Part shown: in pieces, positions 46,841-55,675 of the stretch
Position numbering within the stretch: the stretch's first letter is position 1
Layout of the letters: each line of letters starts with the position of its first letter
Origin: Verrucomicrobiota bacterium
GTDB lineage: Bacteria; Verrucomicrobiota; Verrucomicrobiia; Limisphaerales; JAHDYP01
DNA: 64,000 bases
Direction of reading: 5' to 3'
NCBI GenBank assembly: GCA_023383055.1
Contig: JAHDYP010000008.1
Location: forward strand, 11,341 to 75,340
Made by a program: the position numbers and the translations under genes
Notes under the pieces: generated by a model
Told to the model about the DNA's origin: nothing
The model's input: only the letters and a program-made list of their open reading frames with translations
The model's database searches: none

Positions 46841-48043
46841 ATGAGAATCCTGTTTGTTCACGAAAAGTTCGGTGCGTTCGGCGGGGCGGAGGCAAATGTC
46901 CTCGCCACGGCTACCGAACTCCAGGAGCGCGGCCATGTCGTCGGCCTTCTCCACGGTCCGAACACCGGAAAAGGTGAAGCCGCGTGGTTGAACACGTTCC
47001 AGCATCGCTGCCTCATCGGACACGGAAGCAAGTCAGCGACCGCGCTGGCCGCGTGGAAACAGTTTCAACCCGACGTGCTTTACGTTCACAAGATGTCCGA
47101 TCTCGAACTGCTGGAAACGTTGCTGGACACAGAAACTCCGATCATCCGCATGGTTCACGACCACGACCTCTATTGCATGCGAAGCTACAAATACAACTTC
47201 TTCACCCGCCACATCTGCGAACGGGCGTTGTCTCCGTTTTGCCTTATTCCTTGCGGCGCGTTTGTCGCGCGCAATCACGACGGCGCCCTCCCCGTGAAAT
47301 GGGTCAGTTACTCCGCGAAGCTTCGCGAGCTCGAGTTGAATCGCAAATTCGACCGCCTGGTCGTCGCCACCCAGTTCATGGCGGATGAGCTTCTGCGCAA
47401 TCAGTTCGACGCGAACAAAATCGAACTGCACGCCCCGGTGCCCCCGAATGGCGACGCCTCATGGGTCAGCTCGTTCAGCGACAGGAATTACATCGTATAT
47501 GCCGGCCAGATCATTCGCGGCAAAGGCGTGGACGTGCTGTTGGAATCCCTGGCGCAGGTCCGGGTGCCGTTCACTTGTCTCATTTTCGGCGACGGCCAGC
47601 ATCGCGAATACTGTGAAAAGCTGAGCCGCAAACTCGAACTCACGGACCGGGTAATCTTCAAAGGCTATGTGTCGCCGGACGAAATCGCGCTTTTCTACCG
47701 CGAATGCAGCGTCGTCGCGGTCAGTTCGGTGTGGCCGGAACCGTTTGGCGCGGTGGGACTGGAGGCCATGCGGTTTGGGTTGCCCGTTGTCGCGTTCGAC
47801 GCCGGGGGCATCCGGGAATGGCTCGCGCATGGTCAAAACGGATTTCTGGTGCCCTGGATGGATCGCCCGGCGTTCGCCCGGCGTGTGGAAGAATTGCTGG
47901 GCGACAAGACGCTGGCCCGGCAGATGGGCGAACGCGGACGCCAGTTGGTTGCCGAACAATACGGGTTCTCGGAATACATCAGCGGATTGGAAAACCTCTT
48001 TGAGCGAGCGGTCGAAAGACCGGTCCTCGCGGTCACGGCATGA
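46841..48043 (+). CDS. GT4-family glycosyltransferase
   Basis: MRILFVHEKFGAFGGAE and the E-x7-E region EPFGAVGLEAMRFGLPVVAFDAGGIREW. Confidence 0.8.
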   Translation: MRILFVHEKFGAFGGAEANVLATATELQERGHVVGLLHGPNTGKGEAAWLNTFQHRCLIGHGSKSATALAAWKQFQPDVLYVHKMSDLELLETLLDTETPIIRMVHDHDLYCMRSYKYNFFTRHICERALSPFCLIPCGAFVARNHDGALPVKWVSYSAKLRELELNRKFDRLVVATQFMADELLRNQFDANKIELHAPVPPNGDASWVSSFSDRNYIVYAGQIIRGKGVDVLLESLAQVRVPFTCLIFGDGQHREYCEKLSRKLELTDRVIFKGYVSPDEIALFYRECSVVAVSSVWPEPFGAVGLEAMRFGLPVVAFDAGGIREWLAHGQNGFLVPWMDRPAFARRVEELLGDKTLARQMGERGRQLVAEQYGFSEYISGLENLFERAVERPVLAVTA

Positions 48044-48735
48044 ACACCGAAGTCCCTCCAACACTGATCGCGCTGGTTGGCGGGAGCGGCGCGGGAAAAA
48101 CGTGGCTGGCAAACCGTCTGTGCCAGGAATGTGGCGACCAGGCAACATCGCTTTCACTCGACGACTTTTACTGCGATCTCTCGCACCTGAGTGTTATCGA
48201 ACGGGAGAAGGTCAATGTCGATCATCCCGACGCGATTGACTGGCCGCTTTTCGAAAGCGTACTTCGCCTTCTGCACACTGGCGCGACGGTGTTGGCGCCG
48301 CGCTACGACTTCGCTTCCCACACCCGGTTGACCCGCGGTCAGTGGCACAGTCCCCGGCCATTTATTTTCGTGGAAGGTCTGTGGCTTCTGTGGCCTCCGC
48401 GAATGCGAGCGCAGTTCGATCTGCGGGTGTTTCTCGATTGCGTTCAATCAACGCGTTGGCAAAGGCGGGTGACACGCGATCTCAAGGAACGAGGGCGTAC
48501 CACGACAGTGATCCACAAACACTTTTGGAACGTTGTTGCCCCCATGCATGACCGTTATGTCGAGGTGCAGAAGCCCTGGGCGGATCTCGTCCTTGACCAT
48601 TCCATCACCCAGGCCGAGCTTGGCCGATTGGTGGGAACGATTCGCAATCTCCGCGCGGAGTCATACCCGATACCCTTGACAGATGCCGGTTTACGGGCAG
48701 AAACGCCGCCGGTGGCGGCACTGCACCCTTTATGA
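48040..48735 (+). CDS. uridine-kinase/phosphoribulokinase-family P-loop kinase
   Basis: LIALVGGSGAGKTWLA, SLDDFY, NVDHPDAIDW, APRYDFASHTR, FVEG and RRVTRDLKERGR follow the Udk-family pattern. ATGA overlaps on both sides. Confidence 0.65.
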   Translation: MNTEVPPTLIALVGGSGAGKTWLANRLCQECGDQATSLSLDDFYCDLSHLSVIEREKVNVDHPDAIDWPLFESVLRLLHTGATVLAPRYDFASHTRLTRGQWHSPRPFIFVEGLWLLWPPRMRAQFDLRVFLDCVQSTRWQRRVTRDLKERGRTTTVIHKHFWNVVAPMHDRYVEVQKPWADLVLDHSITQAELGRLVGTIRNLRAESYPIPLTDAGLRAETPPVAALHPL

Positions 48736-49466
48736 ACACTCCCATCCTAAATACCTATTCGGAACCGTTCGGACATTTCGCGGTTGCGCGATCCCCTTGG
48801 GAACGCCAGTGGCTGAACTGGGGAGTCCTTTGGCGGCGCTGGCTGTTGCGCTGGCGCGTCCGCAGCGGCGCCATGATGAAACGCGCGTTCGACATTGTCG
48901 GCAGCATCGCGTTTCTCCTCGTCTTCAGCCCGCTTTATCTGGTGCTGGCGCTGCTGGTAAAATTAGAAGATCGCGGGCCGGTGTTTTTCAGCCAGACCCG
49001 CGTCGGGCGCTTCGGCGAAACTTTGCAGATGCACAAATTCCGCTCGATGCGGCTGAATGCCGAAGTTGAATTTGGAAAGCTGCTCGCTCAGAACGAGCAT
49101 GCCGATGGGGTCACGTTCAAGATGAAGAACGATCCCCGCATCACGCATGTCGGCAAATGGCTGCGCCGGTTTTCACTCGATGAACTGCCCCAATTTGTGG
49201 ACGTGTTCATGGGCAACATGTCCCTCGTCGGCCCGCGGCCACCGACGCCACGCGAAGTATCGCTTTACTCGCCGGCGGATCGCCGTCGCCTGGCCGTGAA
49301 ACCCGGCCTCACCTGTTTCTGGCAGGTAAGCGGCCGCAGCAATATTGATTTCTCCGGGCAGGTAAAGCTCGACGTGCAATACATCGAAACGGCCGGGTTC
49401 TGGATGGACATCAAGATCCTGATCCGAACCGTGCGGGCGGTGGTGAGTGGAAATGGAGCCTGCTGA
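48732..49466 (+). CDS. polyprenyl-phosphate sugar phosphotransferase (bacterial sugar transferase, WbaP/EpsL-like priming enzyme)
   Basis: KRAFDIVGSIAFLLVFSPLYLVLALLVKLEDRGPVFF, KFRSM, DELPQF and NMSLVGPRP. The real start could be the internal MMKRAFD (~48873). Confidence 0.85.
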   Translation: MNTPILNTYSEPFGHFAVARSPWERQWLNWGVLWRRWLLRWRVRSGAMMKRAFDIVGSIAFLLVFSPLYLVLALLVKLEDRGPVFFSQTRVGRFGETLQMHKFRSMRLNAEVEFGKLLAQNEHADGVTFKMKNDPRITHVGKWLRRFSLDELPQFVDVFMGNMSLVGPRPPTPREVSLYSPADRRRLAVKPGLTCFWQVSGRSNIDFSGQVKLDVQYIETAGFWMDIKILIRTVRAVVSGNGAC

Positions 49467-50326
49467 TGAAAGCGTTGTTGATCTGCCCCAACGAACGCAA
49501 CGGCGTCGCTGCGCTGGCCGAGTGTGTGCCGCTCGCAAACGTTTCGCTTGTGGGCAAGACTCTCGTGGAATATTGGCTCGAACATCTGGCGGGTTTGGGC
49601 GCGCAGGAAGTTCTGATTCTGGCGGCGGACCGTCCGGATCAGCTGCATGCCGAGGTCGGTGACGGCGCGCGCTGGGGATTGCGCGTGATCGTGAAAGCAG
49701 ACAAACGCGAACGGACACCGGAGGAAGCGCGGGCCAGTCATCAAGCCAGCGATCCGACGCCGTGGCTTCCCGCGCCGAATGATGTGATCCTGATGGACAC
49801 TTTGCCGACGCTGCCGCAGCTGCCGCTGTTCACGAGCTACGCGGATTGGTTCGCGGCAGCACAGGCGTGGATGCCGCGGGCTTTGACGCCGGATCGCATC
49901 GGGGTGCGTGAATCGAATCCGGGAGAGTGGGTTGGATTGAACGCACACGTTGCCGCAGGGGCAAAACTGATCGCTCCCTGCTGGATAGGAGAACGCGCCT
50001 GGATCGAAGCAGGCGCCAGGATCGGGCCGAATGTGGTGCTGGAACGGGAGGTGTTCATTGCCCATGGCGCGGAAGTCTCGGACAGCGTCATCGGCCCGGA
50101 AACGCTCGTGGGCCAGTTCACCGAGGTCCGCAATTCCATTGCGTGGGGCAGCACGCTTATCAACTGGCGGAGCGATTCGTACTTGAAAGTGCCTGACTCG
50201 TTCCTGCTTTGCTCGCGCGAACCTCAGCGTGCCCGCCCGCCTCCGGGGAAAACACCCGCGCCCGCCCATACGCTGCTGCCGGTGATGGCGCGGTTTCACG
50301 AGTATGTCTCCAGACTACTGACCTAG
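49466..50326 (+). CDS. NDP-sugar-pyrophosphorylase-like protein with degenerate N-terminal motif + left-handed beta-helix (hexapeptide) C-terminus
   Basis: The overall NTP_transferase + LbH layout is present (VGKTLVEYWLEHLAGLGAQEVLIL, then hexapeptide-like IGERAWIEAGARIGPNVVLEREVFIAHGAEVSDSVIGPETLVG). However, PNERNGVAAL sits where GGxGTRL is expected. Confidence 0.45.
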   Translation: MKALLICPNERNGVAALAECVPLANVSLVGKTLVEYWLEHLAGLGAQEVLILAADRPDQLHAEVGDGARWGLRVIVKADKRERTPEEARASHQASDPTPWLPAPNDVILMDTLPTLPQLPLFTSYADWFAAAQAWMPRALTPDRIGVRESNPGEWVGLNAHVAAGAKLIAPCWIGERAWIEAGARIGPNVVLEREVFIAHGAEVSDSVIGPETLVGQFTEVRNSIAWGSTLINWRSDSYLKVPDSFLLCSREPQRARPPPGKTPAPAHTLLPVMARFHEYVSRLLT

Positions 50327-50357
50327 GCATGGCTGAACTGAATCCACACACTTTATC

Positions 50358-50714
50358 ATGAACATCAACCAACAAGACGGCACTTTGAGCGTGACCGGCC
50401 TTCGCGAATTGAATGCCACCAACGCCCGGGCATTTCGTTCCACCCTGGCCCGGGCGTTGTCGCAAGACCTCAAAGCCATTGAAATTGACTTGTCCCACAC
50501 TCAAGCCGTGGACGGTGCTGGCCTGGGTGCGCTGGTGGCGCTCTATGAGACGGCGAAGGAACGCCGAAAGCAGGAAGGCTTTGCGCTCCGTCTGACCCAT
50601 CCCACACCCCCGGTGCAACAAATGATCGAACTGGCGCGGTTACATCATCTGTTTGAAGTATCCCACCCGGAAAGCACACCGGACGGAACGCGCCCGGCGA
50701 TCGATCTGAAATGA
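50358..50714 (+). CDS. single-domain STAS protein (anti-sigma-factor-antagonist-like)
   Basis: 118 aa. IEIDLSHTQAVDGAGLGALVAL matches the STAS core, but Gly (codon 50514-50516) occupies the position of the usually phosphorylated Ser. Confidence 0.75.
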   Translation: MNINQQDGTLSVTGLRELNATNARAFRSTLARALSQDLKAIEIDLSHTQAVDGAGLGALVALYETAKERRKQEGFALRLTHPTPPVQQMIELARLHHLFEVSHPESTPDGTRPAIDLK

Positions 50715-51979
50715 AAGCGATTCTTCCTCTGTTCGTCTTCATTGACGCCTGCGGCTGGGAAATCATCAAGGACGATCCCTTCTGCAAAACCGTCGCGCCG
50801 AATCGCCGCCGGCTCGAATCCGTCTTCGGCTACAGTTCGGCGTGCGTGCCGTCCATTCTTTCCGGACGCTGGCCGGACGAGCATCGAAACTGGTGCTACT
50901 TCGTCTATGACCCGAAACATTCGCCGTTCAAAGTGCTAAAGCCAATGCGATGGCTGCCAACGGCAATCACCAGCCGGCGGATTATCCGCCGTTGGTTGTC
51001 GAAGCTCGTGAAAGTCCAATTGAAGTTTCGAGGGTATTTCGATCTCTACAATATCCCGTTCAAATACATTTCGCTGTTCGATTTCACGGAGAAGAAAAGC
51101 CCCCTGCTCCCGGGCGGCATGAATCGCGGCACGAACATTTCCGATTTTCTGGAAACATCCGGAATTGCTTATCACCTCAGCGATCCGACGCGCAGCGAAA
51201 CGGAGACTTACGATGCGGTGCTCGCTGACGTGAAAACCGGCCGCATTGATTTTGCCTTTGTTTATTGGCCGGATCTCGACGGCCTGCTGCATCGTGAGGG
51301 CAATCAATCGCCGGAGATCTCGCCGAAGCTACGCGGTTATGAAGAACGCATCCGCCGGCTGGTGGACGCCGCGCAGGAACAGTATGAGGAGGTGCGACTT
51401 TACGTGTTTAGCGATCACGGCATGGCCAATTGCGACGCATTCCTTGATCTCAAGGCCCGCGTCGAACCTCTGCCGCTCCAAATGGGGAAGGACTACGCCG
51501 TTGTTTACGATTCGACCATGGCACGCTTCTGGTTCTTCAACGACACCGCGCGCCGCACGGTGACCGAGACGCTCAGCGCAATTCCCGAGGGCTGCATCGT
51601 GCCCGACGCGGAACTGGCGCGCCTGCATTGCCTGTTTCCGGATCGCTATTTCGGCGAGTTGATTTTCCTGCTGCGCGAAGGCGTGCTGATTGTGCCCAGT
51701 CACATGGGCGAACGGCCCATTCGCGCCATGCACGGTTATCACCCGAACGAAAAGCACAGCTACGCCGCGCTGCTGACGAATCAACCGGACATCCCGAATA
51801 GCATCACCGCCATACCGCACATCTATAACCTGATGGTGCGGGACGCACTGCAAGCCCAGGAGCGGAACGGATCACAGAGTCCACCGGAGAAGCGCGCCGA
51901 ACGCCGATGTCCCTCAACCCGTGAAGCGCCCGAACCCGCCCTCGCCTCCTCGATCCGTGTCAGCGCTTCCAACGCTTAA
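50711..51979 (+). CDS. alkaline-phosphatase-superfamily enzyme (nucleotide pyrophosphatase/phosphodiesterase-like)
   Basis: FIDACGWE, YWPDLDGLLHREG, VFSDHGM and MHGYHP match the AlkP-superfamily metal-site pattern. ATGA overlap with the STAS gene. Confidence 0.65.
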   Translation: MKAILPLFVFIDACGWEIIKDDPFCKTVAPNRRRLESVFGYSSACVPSILSGRWPDEHRNWCYFVYDPKHSPFKVLKPMRWLPTAITSRRIIRRWLSKLVKVQLKFRGYFDLYNIPFKYISLFDFTEKKSPLLPGGMNRGTNISDFLETSGIAYHLSDPTRSETETYDAVLADVKTGRIDFAFVYWPDLDGLLHREGNQSPEISPKLRGYEERIRRLVDAAQEQYEEVRLYVFSDHGMANCDAFLDLKARVEPLPLQMGKDYAVVYDSTMARFWFFNDTARRTVTETLSAIPEGCIVPDAELARLHCLFPDRYFGELIFLLREGVLIVPSHMGERPIRAMHGYHPNEKHSYAALLTNQPDIPNSITAIPHIYNLMVRDALQAQERNGSQSPPEKRAERRCPSTREAPEPALASSIRVSASNA

Positions 51980-51989
51980 GAAACTGCCT

Positions 51990-52841
51990 ATGAGCCTGCT
52001 GATTCCACAACCCGCACGACTTCTGCACAATGTCCGCGACATTCGCGCGCTTGGCGCCGATGGGCCATCGCGTCTGCGTCTCGCTGGCAACATGTTTCAG
52101 GCAAACTTGAAACGTACGCATCACGGCTGGTCCAGCCTGGCCAATCGATTTCTCGGCACAGCCCCAGTCAAGGTGCAACTCCATGTTGCTTCGGACATGC
52201 CCTTTTGCTACCGCCCGGGCACAACCGATCTGCTGGTGCTGGAGCAGGTGTTTGTGGATGGCGAATACCACGTCGAACCCATTGATCCCGAAAGCATCGA
52301 ATTCATTGTGGACTTGGGTAGCAACATTGGCGTGACCGCCATGTTCTGGGCGCAACGCTATCCCCACGCACGAATGGTGTTGGTCGAGCCGGACCCGGAC
52401 AACTTCGAATTGCTGCAGCGCAACACCGCCGCATTCCAGGACCGTTGCGTTCTGCTCAACGTCGCGGTGTCGGATCAACGCGGCGAGACCAGTTTCTTTC
52501 GCAGCGACCGCGAATACGGCCATTCGATTCTCAAAATGGACGACTCCGTCTCTGAAATTAAAGTCAAGACGCTGCCGGTTTCCGACATTCTCAGCGAAGC
52601 CGGCTTTCCACGCATGGATTTGTTGAAGATGGACATTGAAGGCGGCGAGCAAATCGTGATGCCGACCATTGGCATGTGGGCGCAGGCGCCGCGTTATCTG
52701 ATTGCCGAACTTCACCCGCCGTATGACTTCGCTGCGTTCACAAAGCACTGCCGTTCCGCTGGTCTGCGAGCCACGCAACCGCCAAGCGAAGCGTTCCGCT
52801 GCAATCTGCCCTTCGCCGCCCGCGCGCCGATCACGACCTGA
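51990..52841 (+). CDS. FkbM-family methyltransferase
   Basis: VDLGSNIGVTAMFWAQRYPHARMVLVEPDPDNFELLQRN and LKMDIEGGE. Start trimmed to ATG 51990 (MSLLIPQ). Confidence 0.75.
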   Translation: MSLLIPQPARLLHNVRDIRALGADGPSRLRLAGNMFQANLKRTHHGWSSLANRFLGTAPVKVQLHVASDMPFCYRPGTTDLLVLEQVFVDGEYHVEPIDPESIEFIVDLGSNIGVTAMFWAQRYPHARMVLVEPDPDNFELLQRNTAAFQDRCVLLNVAVSDQRGETSFFRSDREYGHSILKMDDSVSEIKVKTLPVSDILSEAGFPRMDLLKMDIEGGEQIVMPTIGMWAQAPRYLIAELHPPYDFAAFTKHCRSAGLRATQPPSEAFRCNLPFAARAPITT

Positions 52842-52947
52842 CCCAGCAGCGCGCCTGAAGAGACGCCTCCTGCGTTTTGAACGTTGTCTTACCTCGGGTG
52901 AACACCCCATACCGCCCGCACGGTTGTTCCGCTTAGAATGTCGTGCC

Positions 52948-53535
52948 ATGCAGGAATACAATCATCTCTACCAAGCGACCAAGTCCGCCGGTTCGCCCGT
53001 CCCATTTCAAACGAATCTCCCCCGGCGCATTCTCGTGGTGGATCACGACCCATATGTCTGCCATCTCAGCGCCGACGTGCTGATTCGCCATGGCTACGAG
53101 GTGAACGCCGCCGAAGACGGTGCCGCCGGCTGGGAGGAGCTTCAGGCCTACCACTACGATCTGCTGATCACCGAGCGCGACCTTCCCAAGATCAGTGGCG
53201 TTACATTGGTCAGGAGACTGCGGGCCGCCCGCCTGGCGTTGCCGGTCGTCATGGTGGCAAAAAGACTGCCCGCGCGCGAACTGGCTCGAAACCCGGCACT
53301 TCAACTTGCGGCCGCGCTGTTGAAGCCTCTGCCCGTCGATGCGTTGCTGGACACGGTAACAATCGTCCTGCGCGCGACCGGCAGTCCCCGCGAGCGGATC
53401 CTGCCGCCGCCGAACTCGCAAAGCCAATCATCAGCCGATGGTTGGCAGCTAAAGCCGATCACCACAGCGGCCAACAGCGCCCAAGTGCATCCGGACCTCG
53501 TCCTTGGCTATCACCGTTGGGGATTGAACGAGTGA
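52948..53535 (+). CDS. stand-alone atypical receiver-domain protein
   Basis: REC fold pattern ILVVDHD...DLLITERDLPKISG...VVMVAK...LLKPL. Glu (codon 53173-53175) replaces the phospho-acceptor Asp, DH replaces the acidic DD pair, and the conserved T/S is missing. Start at ATG 52948. Confidence 0.6.
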   Translation: MQEYNHLYQATKSAGSPVPFQTNLPRRILVVDHDPYVCHLSADVLIRHGYEVNAAEDGAAGWEELQAYHYDLLITERDLPKISGVTLVRRLRAARLALPVVMVAKRLPARELARNPALQLAAALLKPLPVDALLDTVTIVLRATGSPRERILPPPNSQSQSSADGWQLKPITTAANSAQVHPDLVLGYHRWGLNE

Positions 53536-53607
53536 ACGGGGCAGACACCGGCATGGACCCATTCCAGTCAAGGACGATCCAACGTTGCTGCGCCCCAGGC
53601 AGCACTT

Positions 53608-54447
53608 TCAACAGGTGGTGACGGTTGTCGGGCAAACCGGCAGGCATGGTCCGCGCGCCAAATCGTCGAACGAGATCACCCGAACGTGTGAACTGCTGGC
53701 GAGCCATTCGGCGGTGGCATGCAGAATGGCCAGCATGGCGGTGTCGGGTTTGCCCTCCCTGAAGTATTCCCACCAATGGGTAACGAGCACCGTGAGTTCC
53801 TGGCTTTCGACCTGTTTCTTGACGGTCTTCAGCATCGTTGGGTAAGGGCGTTGAAACGAAAGCAGGCAGCCCGGATGCGTCAGCAAGGTGGTTCGGCCAA
53901 CCTGCCAATGCGGTCGCTTGAGCATTTTCTTCATCGCGTATTGCGGCCACCAGGCGAAGGGCAACCGCCGCAGTTCAAACCATCCGGCCGAGATGACGCG
54001 AAAGCGTTTGGCGACTTCGCTCACACTGACACGGGAGAACCGGTCATAAGGAGCGACGAACGTCCGGGGCGCGCGACATCCCGCCGCGGCCAGCAAAGCG
54101 GTACCTTGATCAAGGCGATTAGCAAGGTCATCGCGTTGATCAGAGCCAAACTCGAATAGCGAATGATCATAACCGTGTTGCACCACACGGAATTGCGGAT
54201 TCTCGCGCAGATAGCGGACCAGCCCGGTGTTGCTCGCGATCGGAAGCTCCAGCGGTGTATCGGCGCGTTTCGCGAAAAGAAACTTCTCCAGCGCGCCATT
54301 GGCACCGTGAGTGTCCGTGCGCACGTTCGGAATCACCGCAAGGTTCACCGGCAGGCCACGGTGGAGGAACGGACGATAGAGCTGCTCCAGGCACTCGACC
54401 GGCGTCAGGGCATTCGTGTCGTCGTCACGTAGAATGACGCGGTGCAT
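53608..54447 (-). CDS. DUF2334-like polysaccharide deacetylase family protein
   Basis: The start MHRVILRDDDTNALTP... and QHGYDH match my memory of the DUF2334 / PgaB-related family. Start set to ATG 54447, overlapping the upstream GT4 gene by 23 nt. Confidence 0.55.
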   Translation of the reverse strand: MHRVILRDDDTNALTPVECLEQLYRPFLHRGLPVNLAVIPNVRTDTHGANGALEKFLFAKRADTPLELPIASNTGLVRYLRENPQFRVVQHGYDHSLFEFGSDQRDDLANRLDQGTALLAAAGCRAPRTFVAPYDRFSRVSVSEVAKRFRVISAGWFELRRLPFAWWPQYAMKKMLKRPHWQVGRTTLLTHPGCLLSFQRPYPTMLKTVKKQVESQELTVLVTHWWEYFREGKPDTAMLAILHATAEWLASSSHVRVISFDDLARGPCLPVCPTTVTTC

Positions 54448-55675
54448 GTTTTGCCTCGATGAGTTCCTCGTAGAGTTGTTTGACCCGGCGCGCGACGGAC
54501 CTGACATCGTATTCGCTGGTCGCCAGTTGCCGTCCTGATTCGGCCAGTCGCGTACGCAAGCCGGGATTCAGCAGGGTCTGGCTGACCGCTTGATGAAATG
54601 CGCGCGGGTCGGACAAATCGAACAACCAACCGTTCTCACCGTGCTTGATAAGTGCCGATGCGCCCGAGGTCCGGCTGGAAATGACCGTGGTCCCGGCGGC
54701 CCAGCCTTCGAGCAGAACGAGGCCGAACGTTTCGGAAATGGAGGGCAACACAACCGCGCGGGCTTCCTGAAACAAACCGATCAATCTCGGATCGCCCTGC
54801 GGCAAACCGCCCGTGATCAGAACGTGGTCGCTGATGCCGAGATCACGGACCTGGCGTTCGAGGCTTTGGCCGTAGGCTTCATGGGTGCAGGCGCCGACCA
54901 GCACGAGCAGCGCCTCGGGATGATTCCGAACAATCCCGGGCGCCTGCCTGATCAGCCACGCCTGGTTCTTCACCGGATCAATGCGCCCCACGGACAACAG
55001 TACGTCGCGGTCCCGAATCTGCCGATAAGCTTCACGCGCGGCGGCCCGGTGATCCTGGCGATACATCTCCAGGGGAATGCCGTGTGCCTGGATGTCGATC
55101 CGTTTGCCGGGATGCTTTTTCCGCAGCAGTTCCGCTTCGGTCAGATTACACGCGAGCACCGCGTCCGCATGTTGGATGAGCCGGCGCGATTGCAGCAACA
55201 GGCCAAAGATCTTTCCCCACTCGAAACCGCTGTGCGCAGCCCCGTCGAACGTGGTTCTCACAGCCGGCGAGACATCCAGCAACCCCCCGTGAATCGAAAC
55301 GACAAATGGCAGCCGCCGGCCCCGAGCCACGGCGGACGCGATGCCGCCCAACCGACCCAGCGTGTGCGTGTGGACAAGCGCAATGTCTGGTTCGCGCCAC
55401 ATCGCGGGCAGCAAATCGAAGGACATCAGGTTGCCACCCACAGAAATGTACTGGCGCTTTTCCTGCCGTGACATTCCCCAGGCCGGCACCCAGGTCTTGA
55501 AACGCTTGATGTCACCGTTGAAGTCGGCCCGCGCCCCGTTGTCATTGACCTGTGGGCAATACATCACGGGTGTGACGCCCTGCTGTCGCAGGCCCTCCAA
55601 GAGCCGTTGCACGGCGGTTTCCGTTCCGCCCCATTCGGCGGGATCATATTTTCGCAACAGATGAATCACGCGCAT
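54425..55675 (-). CDS. GT4-family glycosyltransferase
   Basis: MRVIHLLRKYDPAEWGGTETAV and SISETFGLVLLEGWAAGTTVISSRTSGASALIKHGENGWLF. Confidence 0.8.
   Translation of the reverse strand: MRVIHLLRKYDPAEWGGTETAVQRLLEGLRQQGVTPVMYCPQVNDNGARADFNGDIKRFKTWVPAWGMSRQEKRQYISVGGNLMSFDLLPAMWREPDIALVHTHTLGRLGGIASAVARGRRLPFVVSIHGGLLDVSPAVRTTFDGAAHSGFEWGKIFGLLLQSRRLIQHADAVLACNLTEAELLRKKHPGKRIDIQAHGIPLEMYRQDHRAAAREAYRQIRDRDVLLSVGRIDPVKNQAWLIRQAPGIVRNHPEALLVLVGACTHEAYGQSLERQVRDLGISDHVLITGGLPQGDPRLIGLFQEARAVVLPSISETFGLVLLEGWAAGTTVISSRTSGASALIKHGENGWLFDLSDPRAFHQAVSQTLLNPGLRTRLAESGRQLATSEYDVRSVARRVKQLYEELIEAKHAPRHST

Noticed and set aside
53535-53608. Rho-independent terminators at convergent or terminal junctions (53535-53608, 43815-43900, 46686-46740, 39776-39830)
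   Set aside because: Only 4-6-bp stems without U-tracts were found (for example gcggc-ctgcgt-gccgc at ~46707-46722). This is not convincing enough to annotate.
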